Positions 49,983 through 51,359 of a stretch of DNA of 51,359 bases are shown piece by piece; the stretch's first letter is position 1, and each line of letters begins with the position of its first letter. The stretch comes from Octopus bimaculoides (taxonomy: Eukaryota). The translations under genes and the position numbers were made by a program. Location: assembly GCF_001194135.2 (NCBI RefSeq), contig NC_068985.1, positions 51,697,343-51,748,701 on the forward strand, written 5' to 3'. The notes below the pieces were generated by a model. The model ran no database searches. It was not told the origin of the DNA and worked only from the letters and a program-made list of their open reading frames with translations.

Positions 49983-50210
49983 TTAACCTTTTAGCATTCA
50001 GGTTACTCTGTTAAATGTAATGTTTAATTATTTACACTGTCTAGAATTAATTTTCCATTATTTCATAGCATTGAGATTTTGATGATGTGATTGCTTATTT
50101 TTAAAATGACATAGCAAGGTAGATGTGAAAGGCAGAATTTAGCTACTTTGAACATAAAAAAGGTGGAATATTTGGGTCAGATATGGCCATTTTAAATTCT
50201 AAAGGGTTAA
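49983..50210. mobile_element. TTAA MITE, orientation opposite to 7267-7492
   Basis: It reads ttaa-ccttttagcattc...aattctaaaggg-ttaa. Confidence 0.8.
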
Positions 50211-51123
50211 ATTAGAGAAATAAATTAATACATACAAAAAGTCAACTCACAGAAGTATGGTCCAATGATTTTCTAGGAATGTTGCCTTTAAAGATTAGCA
50301 TTCAAATTAAGATTAGAATAATTATCATCATTTGCTTAATGCCATGAAGCCAGGGATAAGTACTGGCTTTTAAACTTCCCTGGGGCTTTAGAAAATTGGT
50401 GGCCAAGAAACCAGTTCATGTAAAAATTTATAGGTACCATGAAACGGTGCAATTCATTGCAGGAAGAGGAGCAGCATTCATCAAGCTGATATACCTTAGA
50501 ATATATATCATGAAGATGGAGTACTGCATCTATAATTTTATAATTTAGATGTGTCCAAAATATTTAAAGTTCATACAAAGTTTGAATTCACAGGTCACCC
50601 CGAATTTCATGAGTGAAATTGGATAAATGGAAACAATGTGGAAGCCCAACAGATGGATTGCACCTGTACTTCAACTAGCATGGCTTGTTGCACAGTATCA
50701 CATCCATTTAACCTGAGATCTAAATTATGCATGTGCCAGTGGAATGTTTCAGCCAAATACTTGTTAAATTAACAGCAGGTAGTAACTGAATACACAGTTA
50801 CTCATTGTTAAAACAGAGTGTTCATTACAGGTTAGATCTGAGACAGCTCAGAGTCAATAGAGAAAAATATTTAATAACCATTGTTGTTTAATTGTGCAAC
50901 CCATGCAAGTATGGGTCTAACAGAATTTGTTGGGGTGGATTTTCTACAGCTGGATGTCATTCCTGTTGCCAACCCTTAGCTGTTTCCAAGTAAGGTAATA
51001 TTCCTCATGACCAGGCATTTTTCAAGGAAGATAAGAAATGAAGGACACCACTTGCATGTCAGTGACATTCCTTGACAGCAATCACATAAAGTCAAAGCAA
51101 GGAGACAGTAACACACACACAAA

Positions 51124-51359
51124 TCATCATCATCATCATCATCGTTTAACGTCCGCTTTCCATGCTAGCATGGGTTGGACGATTTGACTGAGGACTGGTG
51201 AAACCGGATGGCAACACCAGGCTCCAGTCTGATTTGGCAGAGTTTCTACAGCTGGATGCCCTTCCTAACGCCAACCACTCAGAGAGTGTAGTGGGTGCTT
51301 TTACGTGTCACCCGCACGAAAACGGCCACGCTCGAAATGGTGTCTTTTATGTGCCACCC
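51124..51359 (-). mobile_element. Family D copy running off the window end
   Basis: It has (cat)n followed by cgtttaacgtccgctttccatgctagcatggg, and is near-identical to 8965-9121 and 30962-31345. Confidence 0.85.

Noticed and set aside
1-51359. CRISPR arrays, rRNA genes, snoRNA or miRNA genes, prokaryotic or phage systems
   Set aside because: The repeats are dispersed SINEs, MITEs and microsatellites, not regular repeat-spacer arrays. I saw no rRNA-like sequence. Intronic snoRNAs or miRNAs cannot be supported or excluded without a covariance-model search.

Overview
This is AT-rich, repeat-dense eukaryotic genomic DNA with five N-gaps. The SINE and MITE families look like those of octopus genomes (inference from recalled repeat families). 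The window holds one real protein-coding gene, mostly invisible in the ORF track: F-actin capping protein subunit alpha (CAPZA/cpa) on the minus strand. I reconstructed it by eye from nine short GT-AG exons between 31814 and 6500. They total 828 nt (275 aa plus stop), all phases are compatible, and they read [94 protein letters not shown]...HQFQPKNFW-NGRWRSQW...[97 protein letters not shown] could not find the short ATG exon. The rest is intron or flank: at least four SINE-like families, remnants of Helitron, MULE, mariner, CR1-like and RTE-like elements, TTAA-type MITEs, three long foldback palindromes and microsatellites. I see no CRISPR array, rRNA gene or true tRNA gene, and no clear evidence of a novel biological system. 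The best leads are a candidate poison exon, an intron gain/loss relative to vertebrates, antisense SINE tails that look like splice acceptors, and long intronic hairpins.
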